Source: Alphaproteobacteria bacterium (lineage in GTDB: Bacteria > Pseudomonadota > Alphaproteobacteria > UBA7985 > JAUIBT01). From it: DNA of 64,000 nt. Location: positions 4,634 through 68,633 of the forward strand of contig JAUIHE010000001.1 in assembly GCA_030432195.1 (NCBI GenBank), in the 5' to 3' direction. Positions 39,165 through 49,109 of the stretch are shown piece by piece. The notes below the pieces were generated by a model, which did no database searches, was not told the DNA's origin, and was given only the letters and a program-made list of their open reading frames with translations. Both the position numbers and the translations under genes were made by a program. Each line of letters starts with the position of its first letter. Within the stretch, counting starts at the first letter, position 1.

Positions 39165-40084
39165 TGCACAGCACCGCCGCGCCCGCCCCCACCGATGCGC
39201 GTTTGCACGGGGCAGCCATCGCCTTTACCGCGGTTTTCAGCACCGGCTTCATATTTGCTGACATGGGTTTGACGGGCCCCGGCCCCTTCACCTTCCTCGG
39301 GGTGCGCTTCTTCTTAGCAGCGCTTGTCTTGCTCGCATTGGGGCGCGTTCTGCGTCACCGCTGGGCCCTTAGCTGGCGCCAAGTGTTCCACATCGCGGTG
39401 GCCGGGCTTTTACTGCAGGCCCTTTACCTGGGCGGGGTCTTTTTCGCCATTTCGCGCGGCGTACCGCCGGGCATTTCTGGCATTATCGCGGGTCTTCAAC
39501 CGCTTATTGCGCTGTTCTTCTATGTGCTTCTGACGGGCAAATGGTTGACCCGCCTGGATATGATCGGCGCGGCGCTGGGCTTCTTGGGAGTCCTCCTCAT
39601 CATCAGCCAAAAGCTGTCGGGTGACATGCAGCTCAGCGGCGCCATTCTTGCCAATGTATTGGCAGCCGTCGCTTACGCCTTGGGCGCAGTCTATACCTCT
39701 AAATATGTCCGCTGTCCGTCCAAGATCAACGAAATGAGCATCCAGTTTTTGGCTGCGGCCCTGCCCTGTCTTCTGTTGGCGGGCCTGCTGGAGGGCTTTG
39801 CATTTAATCCGACGCCGCTTGTGTTGTTCGCGCTAACTTGGTCCACCTTGGTGCTATCGGTCTTTGCTATCTTCTTGATGTTGTTCTTGATCCACCAAGG
39901 CGGCGCCAAGTACTTCAGCTTTTGGAACTTCCTGATGCCCGCCTTTGCCGCCTTCTATGCCTGGTTGGTGCGGGGCGAACACTTCACCAGCCTGACCTTT
40001 GTCGGCATCGCGCTTGTGCTAACCGGCCTACTCGTGGTCAACAGCCAACGCCTCCTGATCCCCAAGGTGGCTGCCCAATCCTAG
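39164..40084 (+). CDS. EamA/DMT-family transporter
   Basis: There is a TAATG overlap with the HAD gene. The protein begins MHSTAAP... and has ten predicted TM segments in two EamA-like halves. Confidence 0.75.
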   Translation: MHSTAAPAPTDARLHGAAIAFTAVFSTGFIFADMGLTGPGPFTFLGVRFFLAALVLLALGRVLRHRWALSWRQVFHIAVAGLLLQALYLGGVFFAISRGVPPGISGIIAGLQPLIALFFYVLLTGKWLTRLDMIGAALGFLGVLLIISQKLSGDMQLSGAILANVLAAVAYALGAVYTSKYVRCPSKINEMSIQFLAAALPCLLLAGLLEGFAFNPTPLVLFALTWSTLVLSVFAIFLMLFLIHQGGAKYFSFWNFLMPAFAAFYAWLVRGEHFTSLTFVGIALVLTGLLVVNSQRLLIPKVAAQS

Positions 40085-40135
40085 CAGATCACCCAAATAT
40101 GAGACATCCGCGGCTGCGGCCTTGGAAGACGAAGC

Positions 40136-41356
40136 ATGATCGAATACGACCTGACACCCATTACTGAACAAGACGCCCTTGAGGCCCTGTGCCAAGAGGC
40201 GGCCCTAGAGCCCTACATCACCGTCGATACCGAGTTCGTTCGCGAGACAACCTATTGGCCGCAGCTATGTTTGGTCCAGATCGGCACCGCCACCAAGGCC
40301 GTCGCCATTGATACCTTGGCAGAGGGCCTGGATCTGGCGCCGTTGTTCGCGCTCATGGCCAACCCCGATGTATTGAAGGTCTTCCATGCTGCGCGTCAAG
40401 ACCTGGAGATCATGCACTTCTTGTCGGGGGGCCAAGTACCGACCCCCTTATTCGACACCCAAATCGCCGCCATGGTCTGTGGCTTTGGCGAGAACATTGG
40501 GTACGAGCCGTTGGTGGGCTCTATCGTCGGCGCGCAAGTAGACAAATCCAGCCGTTATACCAATTGGGCCAAGCGCCCCTTGACCGAAGCCCAAATCACC
40601 TATGCTTTGGGGGACGTTTCCCATCTGCGCCAGGTCTATGAGCACCTGCAATCTATGATGAGCGACAAGGGTCGCGACCATTGGCTGGATGAAGAAATGG
40701 CCATTTTGGGCTCGCCAGACACCTACGCCGTCGATTTTCGCCAGGCCTGGAAGCGGCTGAAACCACGCTCGGACAAGCCCAAGTTTCTGGCGATCTTGCG
40801 CGAACTGGCCGACGTGCGCGAGCGCGAAGCCCAACGCCGCGATGTGCCCCGCAACCGCGTGATGCGAGACGATACGGTGCTGGAGCTGGCCGCCGCCGCG
40901 CCGCAGACTCAAGACGCTCTGCTCGCCATTCGCGGGGTAGACAAGGGCCGCGCTCAAGGTGCCCTCGGGGCGGCGCTGCTGGAGGCTATCCGGGTTGGGG
41001 CCGCGACCCCCAAGGCCGACTGCCCGCAATTGCCTAAACGTCAAGGCAAGCTGCCCGGTTACTTGACCGCCCAGGTCGAGCTTCTGCGGGTCTTGCTGCA
41101 ATTCCAGAGCCAGGAATTCGGCGTCGCCCCCAAGCTCTTGGCCAATGCCGATGACCTGCGGGCCATGGCGCAAAACCCGCAGGCTGACCTTCCCGCCAAC
41201 CAAGGGTGGCGCGATGAAATCTTCGGCCAAAGGGCACGCGACCTGCTGGCAGGAAAGATTTGCATTCGCATCAATCAGGGGCGGGTCGTTTGCCAAGACG
41301 TCGCTGAACTGGGGGCTGCTTGCGAAGGCAAGGAACAGGAAGACGAGGAACAATGA
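40136..41356 (+). CDS. rnd: ribonuclease D
   Basis: 406 aa. It has the DEDDy exonuclease domain (ITVDTEFVRETTYWPQLCLVQIG ... YALGDVSHL) plus C-terminal HRDC-type domains. Confidence 0.9.
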   Translation: MIEYDLTPITEQDALEALCQEAALEPYITVDTEFVRETTYWPQLCLVQIGTATKAVAIDTLAEGLDLAPLFALMANPDVLKVFHAARQDLEIMHFLSGGQVPTPLFDTQIAAMVCGFGENIGYEPLVGSIVGAQVDKSSRYTNWAKRPLTEAQITYALGDVSHLRQVYEHLQSMMSDKGRDHWLDEEMAILGSPDTYAVDFRQAWKRLKPRSDKPKFLAILRELADVREREAQRRDVPRNRVMRDDTVLELAAAAPQTQDALLAIRGVDKGRAQGALGAALLEAIRVGAATPKADCPQLPKRQGKLPGYLTAQVELLRVLLQFQSQEFGVAPKLLANADDLRAMAQNPQADLPANQGWRDEIFGQRARDLLAGKICIRINQGRVVCQDVAELGAACEGKEQEDEEQ

Positions 41357-41468
41357 GGGCTCTTTGCAAGCGGCTGCTAGTCGGCTCCTCCAACTATCTT
41401 TGAAAAACCAAACGGTGGGACCGCTTGTACCCTTGTCGAGTCAAGCAGAATCGCAGTAGAAAACCTGT

Positions 41469-41864
41469 ATGCCTCAGACCCGCGCTTCATTTCCTTGTCT
41501 TGTCGTCACCAGCTTCGCTTTGAGCCTGGCGGCTGTGAACACCTTCGCAGAGGAAGGCGCGCGCGATAGTTGCCAAGGCGCCCCGCTGAACCAAGTGGAA
41601 GTCGAGGTTGCCGAGCTGGCCCAACAGGTCGGCCACGAGCTGCGTCAACTGGACGAGAGCATGCCCGACTTGGGGACCAAGCCTAGCAAAATGTTCGAAC
41701 GGTCGCAGGCCTACTGGGTCAAAAGCCGCAAGGCCGCGTGCAATTTGGAAGACGCAAAAAGCTCTGAAGCGTGTCTGTGCGAGACCGGCGTCGCCCGCCG
41801 CTCGGACTTGGCCCAGATGCATGACGCCTTGTCCAGCACGGTCAGCGACGAAACAGCTCAATAG
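41469..41864 (+). CDS. secreted DUF1311 (LprI-like) family protein
   Basis: 131 aa with a signal peptide. The block QAYWVKSRKAACNLE...SSEACLCETGVARRSDL matches the DUF1311 pattern Q..W..YR...C......C. Confidence 0.5.
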   Translation: MPQTRASFPCLVVTSFALSLAAVNTFAEEGARDSCQGAPLNQVEVEVAELAQQVGHELRQLDESMPDLGTKPSKMFERSQAYWVKSRKAACNLEDAKSSEACLCETGVARRSDLAQMHDALSSTVSDETAQ

Positions 41865-42038
41865 GACGCCGCCGCTCCCGGTTTTGTTTCGCTGCACATG
41901 GGCTCCGCTGACAGATCGGTCGAGCCTGCGCTCCCTCAAACGTGTTTTGCTGTTTGGACCCGCTTGGGCCTGAATACTGCCTTCTTACCTCAACAAAGAG
42001 GCCAGACCGGGGAGACATAAGGGGAGGCAGAACGGGAA

Positions 42039-44606
42039 ATGAGCGGCACCGCTACCACCACCGAGAACAACCGTCCTTTGCACCTGGCCAAAACCAAAGC
42101 CGTATTCGGCCGACTGGTGGCGCCTGCCACTGCCGTGCTGCTGTTCTTTCTTGGCAGCACTGCTGGCCAAAGCGCGCAACCCTTCACTTTGCCAGGCGGG
42201 CAAGACGACCAAGCGTTGCTGGCCACCTTGGCTCAGGCCTATACGGGCGAGTTTGCGTCCAGAACCCGCTATCGGCACGAAGACGGGCAGCCGATTTATA
42301 TAAATCGCATGATCTTAGAGCCGTCGCCCTATTTGCGCCAGCACGCTCATACCCCGGTTGACTGGCACTCCTGGAGCGCCGAGACCCTGGCGATGGCACA
42401 AGCCCAGGGTCGCCCGATATTCCTATCTATCGGCTATGCGACCTGCCATTGGTGCCATGTCATGGAAGAAGAGAGCTTCGACAATGAAGCGATCGCTGCG
42501 CTCATCAACCAGGGTTTCATCGCGGTCAAAGTGGATCGCGAACAGCATCCCGAGGTGGACTTGCTTTATATGACCGCGCTTCAGATCACGTCTGAATCGG
42601 CTGGCTGGCCGCTGACCGCAGTGCTTTTGCCCAGCGGGGAGCCCTTCTTTATTTCCTCCTACTTGCCGCCGGACGTTCTGACCACGGTTTTGAGCGAAAG
42701 CGACCGGCTGTGGAGCGAAGAGCCCGCCGAATTGGCAAACTTTGCGACCAGCCTTAGCCAAGCGGTTCAGCGCTTCATGGCGTTGGAAGGCCAGGCCCGA
42801 CAACTCACCGTCAACGACTCCTTGAACGCCGCATCATCGCGCTTGCTCGATCTGGATTTAGAGCACGGCGGCCTGGCGCGCGCGCCCAAGTTCCCCAACG
42901 AGACGACGCTTGCTTGGTTGATGGACCTGCTTGAGCTGGAGGCAAGCCACCCCAGTCTTGCTGAAGGCCTGCGCTTGACCCTGGACGGTATGCAAGCCGG
43001 GGGTATTCATGACCAGGTGGGCGGTGGATTCCACCGCTATGCCGTCGATCGGGCTTGGCGCGTGCCGCACTTTGAAAAAATGCTCTACAACCAGGCGCAA
43101 TTGTTGGCGCTTTACGCGCGGGCCGCGGCGCTGTTTGGGGATCCAAACTATCAAAGAACCGCCGAGCGGCTGATTGCGTTTGTCCTGCGCGACATGACCG
43201 CCGAAGACGGATTATTCTATGCCGGGTTTGACGCCGATTCCCCGGAGAGCTTTGAGGACGACGCAAAAAACCAAGAAGGCTTGTTCTACCTCTGGCGCGC
43301 CCAGGAGATAGAAGCCATGCTTGGCGAAGAAGGTCTCTTGCTGGCAGAGCGCTTGGATATCGACGACGATTTCCCGGTGTTGGGCCAGGCCTCAACGGCG
43401 GCGCTTGTGGACGCGAGCAGCCCCGAATTGGACCAGATGCTGGAGCGGTTGCGCCAAGCCCGCGACCAACGTCCAGCCCCCTTCTTGGACAAAAAGCGCA
43501 TCACCGCCTGGAATGCGCAAATGATTGAAGGCCTGGCTCTGGCCGCCCGCTTGTTGGAGACAGACCAAGCGCCAGGCCAACGGCCCCGCCAAGAACCCGG
43601 CCAACAGCCGGGCCCTTGGCAACAAGCAGCCGTTCGCGCGGGCGATCAACTTTGGTCCCTGCATTGGGACCAGGCTGGCGGCGAGCTTGCGCGTTTTAGC
43701 CTGGATGGCAGCCCTAAAGGCGCCCCCGCCCACACCCAAGGCGGCCTGCAAGACTATGCCTTTGGTATTCTGGCCTACCTCAGCCTGCACGACCTGACAG
43801 GCGCCCCGCGCTTTTTGAACCGGGCCCAGCAGCTGGCGGAGGCCATGACGCAACTCTTTTGGCGACCCGAGCGAGGCTTGTTTATCGGCCAAAGCGACGA
43901 TCAGTCGGCGCTCTTCACCGCGCCCATCGACACTATGGATAGCTCCCAGCCCTCCGGTTCCAGTGCCGCAGTTCTGGCAATCGCCAAACTGGCCCGTCGC
44001 GACGGCAACCGCCAAACCCGAGAGCTGGCCAACCAGGCGCTGGCGGGGCTGTCAGGGCGTATGGGGGAGAACCCGGAGGCGCATGCGACGGCCTGGCGGG
44101 CGGCGCTCAGGTTATGGCATCCGGCCGCAGGTTTTGCGGGCATTGGCATTGCTGAAGGCGGCATTGTGCGGGCGCGCTTGATATCGGGCGCCAACCAGGA
44201 CGCCCCCAGCGAAACGAAACCCAGCGAAACGAAACCCAGCCAAGATAAATCTAGCCAAGATAAACCCAGCCTGACCCTGGCGGTGGACTTGGCCGACGGC
44301 TGGTACATCAATGTGTTAGAGCCCTTACAAAGCGAATTGATCCCTACCCAACTAAGCTGGCGCGCCTCGGATCCGTCCGGCGGCTCCAAGACCGGGCAGG
44401 CGGTAGCTGTGGTTGAGCAACCGCGAGCGACCTTGCGCGATGTCGCCTATTTCGATGATCCGGTGGCCGAATACCACGGCAGCCTGCGCTTTGGCTTTGC
44501 CCGCCCGCAGGGGTCCGCCAGCCTGGTGTTTGCCTTCCAAGCCTGCAACGAGCAAATCTGCCTAGCGCCCCAAAGCCTGACCATCGCGGCCAGCATCCAG
44601 CCCTAA
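42039..44606 (+). CDS. YyaL/DUF255 thioredoxin-domain protein (with an N-acylglucosamine-epimerase-like six-hairpin domain), fused to a C-terminal DsbD-alpha-like Cys-pair domain
   Basis: The N-terminal DUF255 thioredoxin-like module contains GYATCHWCHVMEEESF and ...IAVKVDREQHPEVD. The middle is an (alpha/alpha)6-like region. A PSETKPSETKPSQDKSSQDKPS repeat linker precedes the C-terminal domain, which ends ...LVFAFQACNEQICLAPQ. Confidence 0.75.
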   Translation: MSGTATTTENNRPLHLAKTKAVFGRLVAPATAVLLFFLGSTAGQSAQPFTLPGGQDDQALLATLAQAYTGEFASRTRYRHEDGQPIYINRMILEPSPYLRQHAHTPVDWHSWSAETLAMAQAQGRPIFLSIGYATCHWCHVMEEESFDNEAIAALINQGFIAVKVDREQHPEVDLLYMTALQITSESAGWPLTAVLLPSGEPFFISSYLPPDVLTTVLSESDRLWSEEPAELANFATSLSQAVQRFMALEGQARQLTVNDSLNAASSRLLDLDLEHGGLARAPKFPNETTLAWLMDLLELEASHPSLAEGLRLTLDGMQAGGIHDQVGGGFHRYAVDRAWRVPHFEKMLYNQAQLLALYARAAALFGDPNYQRTAERLIAFVLRDMTAEDGLFYAGFDADSPESFEDDAKNQEGLFYLWRAQEIEAMLGEEGLLLAERLDIDDDFPVLGQASTAALVDASSPELDQMLERLRQARDQRPAPFLDKKRITAWNAQMIEGLALAARLLETDQAPGQRPRQEPGQQPGPWQQAAVRAGDQLWSLHWDQAGGELARFSLDGSPKGAPAHTQGGLQDYAFGILAYLSLHDLTGAPRFLNRAQQLAEAMTQLFWRPERGLFIGQSDDQSALFTAPIDTMDSSQPSGSSAAVLAIAKLARRDGNRQTRELANQALAGLSGRMGENPEAHATAWRAALRLWHPAAGFAGIGIAEGGIVRARLISGANQDAPSETKPSETKPSQDKSSQDKPSLTLAVDLADGWYINVLEPLQSELIPTQLSWRASDPSGGSKTGQAVAVVEQPRATLRDVAYFDDPVAEYHGSLRFGFARPQGSASLVFAFQACNEQICLAPQSLTIAASIQP

Positions 44607-45502
44607 GAAGAGCCTTCGACCTCTTCTTGGGTCAAGAAATCAGCCAGCGAAATCTTGCCTGCGCCAGGACGCAAAGGCTGTTGCTGGCTCGCATCAGGCG
44701 CCCAGCCGGTCAGGGTCAAGACCTCAAATTCTGCCTTGATGCGCTCGCCTTCGGCCGGGCTCAACGCTCGATAAGCCTCGCCCAAGCGCATCATGGTATC
44801 GCGGCGGCTCATGCCCTTGATGCGGCCCGCCATGGCATTGGTCTCGCCCCAAGCGCGCAGATCGTGCATCAGCTTGAAGACATGCGGATAGGTGACCGTA
44901 AAGGGCTGACGATCGGCCACCGGCAGGGCAAATCCCGCCCGCTGCAACAATCCAGCGGCCTCCTGCAGCTCGATACGCGGCGCGGTGCGCTGGCTCATGG
45001 CCTGCATGGTCTGGCTCTCAGCCTGTGCAAATGCTTGATATAGCGCCGCCAAGGTCTGCCCCCCAAACAAGGTCACGATCATCACGCCATCGGGCCTCAA
45101 AGCGCGGCGAATCTGGGCCAAACATCCCGGTAGATCGTTGACCCAGTGCAGACAAAGGTTCGAGACAATCAGATCAAAGCCCCCCGTGGCCAAGGGCAGT
45201 GCTTCCTCGTCCGCCTGGACTGCCCAGCGATTGGGCGGCAGGTCTTGCAGATAGCCCAGGCTGAGATCTAAGCTCAAATAGCGCGCATGAGGCGATAGTT
45301 TGGGAGCTAGCTTGGGTTTGACCAGATCCGCGCCGACCCCAATTTCTGCCACGCGCTCGAAGGGGCGCGCTATGTCATGCACGCGGTCTGCCAGCATGTC
45401 GGCGCAGGCTTGGTGCAAAAAGTCAGCGTGGTGAATGAGGCCTTGGGCGCGGTCGCGATGACGGCGGACCGCCGTGCGGTCAATGTGCAGTGCTTGGTTC
45501 AT
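44603..45502 (-). CDS. class I SAM-dependent methyltransferase (BioC-like)
   Basis: From the internal ATG at 45502 it reads MNQALHIDRTAVRRHRDRAQ. The SAM-binding motif is ...VAEIGVGADL and there is a Methyltransf_11-like core. The track ORF is extended to 45607. Confidence 0.7.
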   Translation of the reverse strand: MNQALHIDRTAVRRHRDRAQGLIHHADFLHQACADMLADRVHDIARPFERVAEIGVGADLVKPKLAPKLSPHARYLSLDLSLGYLQDLPPNRWAVQADEEALPLATGGFDLIVSNLCLHWVNDLPGCLAQIRRALRPDGVMIVTLFGGQTLAALYQAFAQAESQTMQAMSQRTAPRIELQEAAGLLQRAGFALPVADRQPFTVTYPHVFKLMHDLRAWGETNAMAGRIKGMSRRDTMMRLGEAYRALSPAEGERIKAEFEVLTLTGWAPDASQQQPLRPGAGKISLADFLTQEEVEGSS

Positions 45503-45561
45503 GCTTGCTAGATGTCGTTTTTTCCGCGCTTTGGCAAGCATCCTTGGGCTAGACTTGCACC

Positions 45562-46530
45562 ATGCCTTTGACCCAAAGCGACATCGAAAGCCCCGAGCAC
45601 GAGCCAACCCCTGGTGATCCGACGCCCCAACCGCAAAACAAGGGGCTGGGGCGTTTGGCGAGGGTTTGGACGACGGCCAGACGCAACGCTAGCCGAATAC
45701 TGGCACCCCTGGCCCAACCACTGCGCTTACCCTTTGGTTTCCTTGGCTCGTCGGCGAAGGCTGGCCTGGATCTGCTCTTGCCCGCGCATTGCTTGGCCTG
45801 TTCAAAGCCAACCCAAGTGTCGGCCGGTCTTTGCGCACCCTGCTTTGGCTCGATGGCCTTTATTCGCCCGCCGCTATGCGACGGCTGCGGCACGCCCTTG
45901 CTCGTCGATCTGGACACGGCTCCGCTTTGCCCAGCCTGTCAGGAACCGCTTGCGATCACGGCCCTTTCGCGCACGCGGGCGGTCGGCCTCTACCAAGGCG
46001 CCTTGGCGGAGTTGATCAAGGCCTACAAGCATGGCGATCGGCTCGACCTGGTACCGCGGCTGTCGCAATGGATGCTTACCGCGGGCCAGGATCTGCTTAG
46101 CCAAGAAGCAGCAGAGGACAAGCCGCCGCTCCTCGTCCCTATTCCGCTGCACTGGCGCCGCCTCTTGAAGCGTCGATACAACCAGTCCGGCCTGTTGGCA
46201 CAAGCCGTATCGCGTGCGAGTCACCTGCCTTTATGCCAAGACGCAATGATCCGCCAACACTTCATCGCGAGCCAAAAAGGGCAGTCTGCCGACCAGCGTT
46301 TTTCCAACCTCTATGACGCCTTTCGAACGCGTCCTAAACGGTGCGGCCTGCTGCAAGATCGACGCATCATTTTGATCGACGACGTGCGCACGACGGGCGC
46401 GACCTTGCAGTCAGCAGCCGAGGCCTTGCGTCAGGCTGGGGCGCGCCAAGTTGACGCTCTGGTGATAGCGCTTGTGCCTGCGCCCAAGGCTTCCTATCTA
46501 GCATCAGACCCCGAAGAAGATAGCCTCTAA
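45562..46530 (+). CDS. comF: ComF-family phosphoribosyltransferase-domain protein
   Basis: There is a double zinc-ribbon (CLACSKP...CAPCF; CDGCGTPL...CPACQ) and a C-terminal PRTase motif, RRIILIDDVRTTGATL. Confidence 0.75.
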   Translation: MPLTQSDIESPEHEPTPGDPTPQPQNKGLGRLARVWTTARRNASRILAPLAQPLRLPFGFLGSSAKAGLDLLLPAHCLACSKPTQVSAGLCAPCFGSMAFIRPPLCDGCGTPLLVDLDTAPLCPACQEPLAITALSRTRAVGLYQGALAELIKAYKHGDRLDLVPRLSQWMLTAGQDLLSQEAAEDKPPLLVPIPLHWRRLLKRRYNQSGLLAQAVSRASHLPLCQDAMIRQHFIASQKGQSADQRFSNLYDAFRTRPKRCGLLQDRRIILIDDVRTTGATLQSAAEALRQAGARQVDALVIALVPAPKASYLASDPEEDSL

Positions 46531-46542
46531 GGAACACCTCGA

Positions 46543-46860
46543 ATGAACGCCCCCTTTGATCCCGCAGCCGATGACGACCTGATGCCGTTTGCTGGAAAAA
46601 AATTGCCGAAGATTGAAATCTACCGCCGTGATTTCTGCGGTTTCTGTGCTGCTGCCGAGCGGTTGTTGGATTCCAAGAATTTACCGATTACAGCGATCGA
46701 CATTTGGAAAGAAACCGAGCGCAAAGCCGAAATGGTCCAACGCGCTGGTGGCCGCACAACCGTGCCGCAAATTTTCATCAATGGAAAGCACCTGGGCGGC
46801 TGTGACGACCTGTTCGACGCAGAAAATTCTGGCCAGCTCGATCGCTTGTTGAAGGTCTAA
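46543..46860 (+). CDS. grxC: glutaredoxin 3
   Basis: Conserved GrxC elements are present: IEIYRRDFCGFC (active site CGFC), RTTVPQIFINGKHLGGCDDL. There is an AAGGA ribosome-binding site before the 46543 ATG. An alternative internal start at 46582 would give the canonical length. Confidence 0.85.
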   Translation: MNAPFDPAADDDLMPFAGKKLPKIEIYRRDFCGFCAAAERLLDSKNLPITAIDIWKETERKAEMVQRAGGRTTVPQIFINGKHLGGCDDLFDAENSGQLDRLLKV

Positions 46861-46864
46861 GGAT

Positions 46865-47746
46865 TTGCCGAGCCCCGCGCTGCGACTGCCTGATGAAGGC
46901 CTCAAGCTTGCTTGCCTACAGCTAAACGTCGGCGGCGATCCTGCGGCCAATCTGCCAGCTTTCGACGCTTTGGTTCGCCAAGCCGCGCGCCAAGGGGCGC
47001 AACTGATCGCAACGCCCGAGTGCAGCAACTTCATCGGCGAGAACCGCAGCGCAACCCTTGCGGCCGCCCGCAGCGAAGGACAAGACGAACACCTAAAATC
47101 GGGCTTGGCACTGGCGCAAGAGCTTGGCGTTTGGCTGCTGCTGGGATCGCTCATTATCAAGGTTCCTGGCCGCGATACCTTGGCCAACCGCCAATTCTTG
47201 ATTGACCCAAACGGGCAGATCCGCGCGCGCTACGACAAGATCCACTTGTTCGATGTGACCTTGCCGGGCGGGGAGGTCTATCGCGAAAGTCAGACCTATG
47301 CCGCCGGTGGTGAGCGCCTGGTTTCGGGTTTGGGGCCGCAATTGGCCTCGCACGCGGGCAAAGGCTGGCACCTTGGGCATGCCATCTGCTTTGATCTGCG
47401 TTTCCCGCAACTTTTTCAAGCGTTGGCCCGCGATGGCGCCCAGATTTTGACCCTGCCCTCTGCCTTCACCCAGACCACCGGGCAAGCCCACTGGCACCCC
47501 CTGTTGCGTGCCCGCGCCATTGAAACAGGCTGTTATGTCTGCGCCCCAGCCCAAGCCGGACAGCACAACGCCAAGCGGCAAAGCTATGGCCACAGCCTGA
47601 TTATCGACCCTTGGGGGCGCATCCTTGCCGAGGCCAGCGCCGACCAGCCGGGTGTGATCTTGGCCGAGCTGAGCTTGCAATACCTGAAAGACTGTCGCGC
47701 GCGCATTCCAACCCTAGATTTGTCTCAACCAGACGCTTACCTATAA
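46865..47746 (+). CDS. carbon-nitrogen hydrolase (nitrilase-superfamily amidohydrolase)
   Basis: It has the catalytic E-K-C triad (ATPECSNF; ...HAICFDLRFP with Cys). The comF-grxC-nit arrangement is conserved. Start codon is TTG in the ORF track. Confidence 0.8.
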   Translation: MPSPALRLPDEGLKLACLQLNVGGDPAANLPAFDALVRQAARQGAQLIATPECSNFIGENRSATLAAARSEGQDEHLKSGLALAQELGVWLLLGSLIIKVPGRDTLANRQFLIDPNGQIRARYDKIHLFDVTLPGGEVYRESQTYAAGGERLVSGLGPQLASHAGKGWHLGHAICFDLRFPQLFQALARDGAQILTLPSAFTQTTGQAHWHPLLRARAIETGCYVCAPAQAGQHNAKRQSYGHSLIIDPWGRILAEASADQPGVILAELSLQYLKDCRARIPTLDLSQPDAYL

Positions 47747-47750
47747 ATCT

Positions 47751-48284
47751 ATGATCGAGTTGACTTTGGTGTGCCATGACGGCCACCGCTTCAATGCCTG
47801 GTTTCCTGACAACGCCGCGTTTGATTCTCAAAGCGAACGGGGTCTTGTGTCGTGCCCGGACTGTGGCTCGCTCAAAGTATCCAAGGGGTTGCAGCGCCCC
47901 AGCGTTGTTGGCGGGCGCGATCGCAGCCGCAGCGGCGGCGGCGGCGGGATCGACCCCTCCGCCAATGCCGCGTCACCGGTTCCGGCAAACCTGACCCCTC
48001 AAAGCGGCCCCGAATCCCGGCCCAGCGCTTCAGCACCTGCCTCGGCAGAGCAGATCGCGCAAATGCATGCCTTCGTCACTGCCATGCGCCGCGTCAAAGC
48101 TTACGTCGAGCAGAATTTCGACGATGTTGGCCAGGAGTTCAGCGAAGAAGCGCGCAAGATCCACTACGGCGAGAGCGAAGAGCGCGGCATCTATGGCCAA
48201 GCCAGCGGCGACGAAATCGAAGAGCTGATCGATGAAGGCATCGACATCATGCCGCTGCCCAAGCTCCCTGAACTCGACAGCTGA
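47751..48284 (+). CDS. DUF1178-family zinc-ribbon protein
   Basis: The N-terminus, MIELTLVCHDGHRFNAWF...CPDCGS, followed by a disordered middle and an acidic C-terminus, is typical of DUF1178. Confidence 0.6.
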   Translation: MIELTLVCHDGHRFNAWFPDNAAFDSQSERGLVSCPDCGSLKVSKGLQRPSVVGGRDRSRSGGGGGIDPSANAASPVPANLTPQSGPESRPSASAPASAEQIAQMHAFVTAMRRVKAYVEQNFDDVGQEFSEEARKIHYGESEERGIYGQASGDEIEELIDEGIDIMPLPKLPELDS

Positions 48285-48419
48285 GAGGTCGCCGCACAAG
48301 CAGAAGCGACCAAGCGGCCCCTTTGCATTTTTGGTCAAGTGTCGTAAGCCTGGCGGCTGTTAACCTTTTGGCCGAGCGTCCCGCTGAAGCCAAGCCAGCA
48401 AAGCAGCAAACCCCGCTCT

Positions 48420-49109
48420 ATGACCTCGCCGACGGCCCATCCCGCCCTCTGTCATCGTTTCGTTGATCTCGCTTGCCTGCGCGGCGAACTCTTGTTGTAT
48501 CGCGGCCTCAGTTTTGAGCTTCGCTCCGGCGATTTGGTCTGGCTCAAAGGCCCCAACGGTGTCGGCAAGTCCAGCTTGCTTCGCCAGTTAGCGGGCCTGC
48601 TGCCGATCGAAGAAGGACACATGGCCTGGCAGGCGCCGAACCAGCAACAGACCCCAGTGGACGGCAAGGCTTTGTTCCACTATTTGGGCCACACCAACGC
48701 CCTGGATGAAGACTTGAGCGTCGAGGATAGCCTTGCCTTTTGGCAGCGTCTTTATCGCGCCAGTCCTCAGGACTTGACCCATGCGATTAAGGCGCTGCGT
48801 TTGGAGGCCTTCTTGGCCACACCTTGTCGCTATCTATCGTCCGGCCAGCGCCGACGAACCGCCCTGGCTCGGCTGATGATCTGCCCGCGCCCGGTCTGGT
48901 TGCTCGACGAGCCCCTGGTTGGCCTGGATCAGGCCTCGGTCGGGTGGGTCATGGCTTTGATACACGACCACATCGCCGCCAACGGCGCTTGCATCCTTAT
49001 CAGCCATCAGGACGCCCCGGGCTTGTCACAGACCGCGACGGTCATGACCCTGGCCCCCAAAGCGGGCACCGTTAGTGGTCTGGAAATCAGCGAGGCGCGC
49101 GCATCATGA
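48420..49109 (+). CDS. ccmA: haem exporter ATP-binding protein CcmA
   Basis: It has Walker A GPNGVGKSS, the signature LSSGQRRR, and Walker B LLDEP. It is followed by ccmB with an ATGA overlap. Confidence 0.85.
   Translation: MTSPTAHPALCHRFVDLACLRGELLLYRGLSFELRSGDLVWLKGPNGVGKSSLLRQLAGLLPIEEGHMAWQAPNQQQTPVDGKALFHYLGHTNALDEDLSVEDSLAFWQRLYRASPQDLTHAIKALRLEAFLATPCRYLSSGQRRRTALARLMICPRPVWLLDEPLVGLDQASVGWVMALIHDHIAANGACILISHQDAPGLSQTATVMTLAPKAGTVSGLEISEARAS

Noticed and set aside
23521-41356. The two RNase D-like genes considered as a duplication or mobile remnant
   Set aside because: One is a short DnaQ-like exonuclease commonly found next to lptC in alphaproteobacteria. The other is full-length rnd with HRDC domains. 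They are different families with conserved contexts, not a recent duplication.
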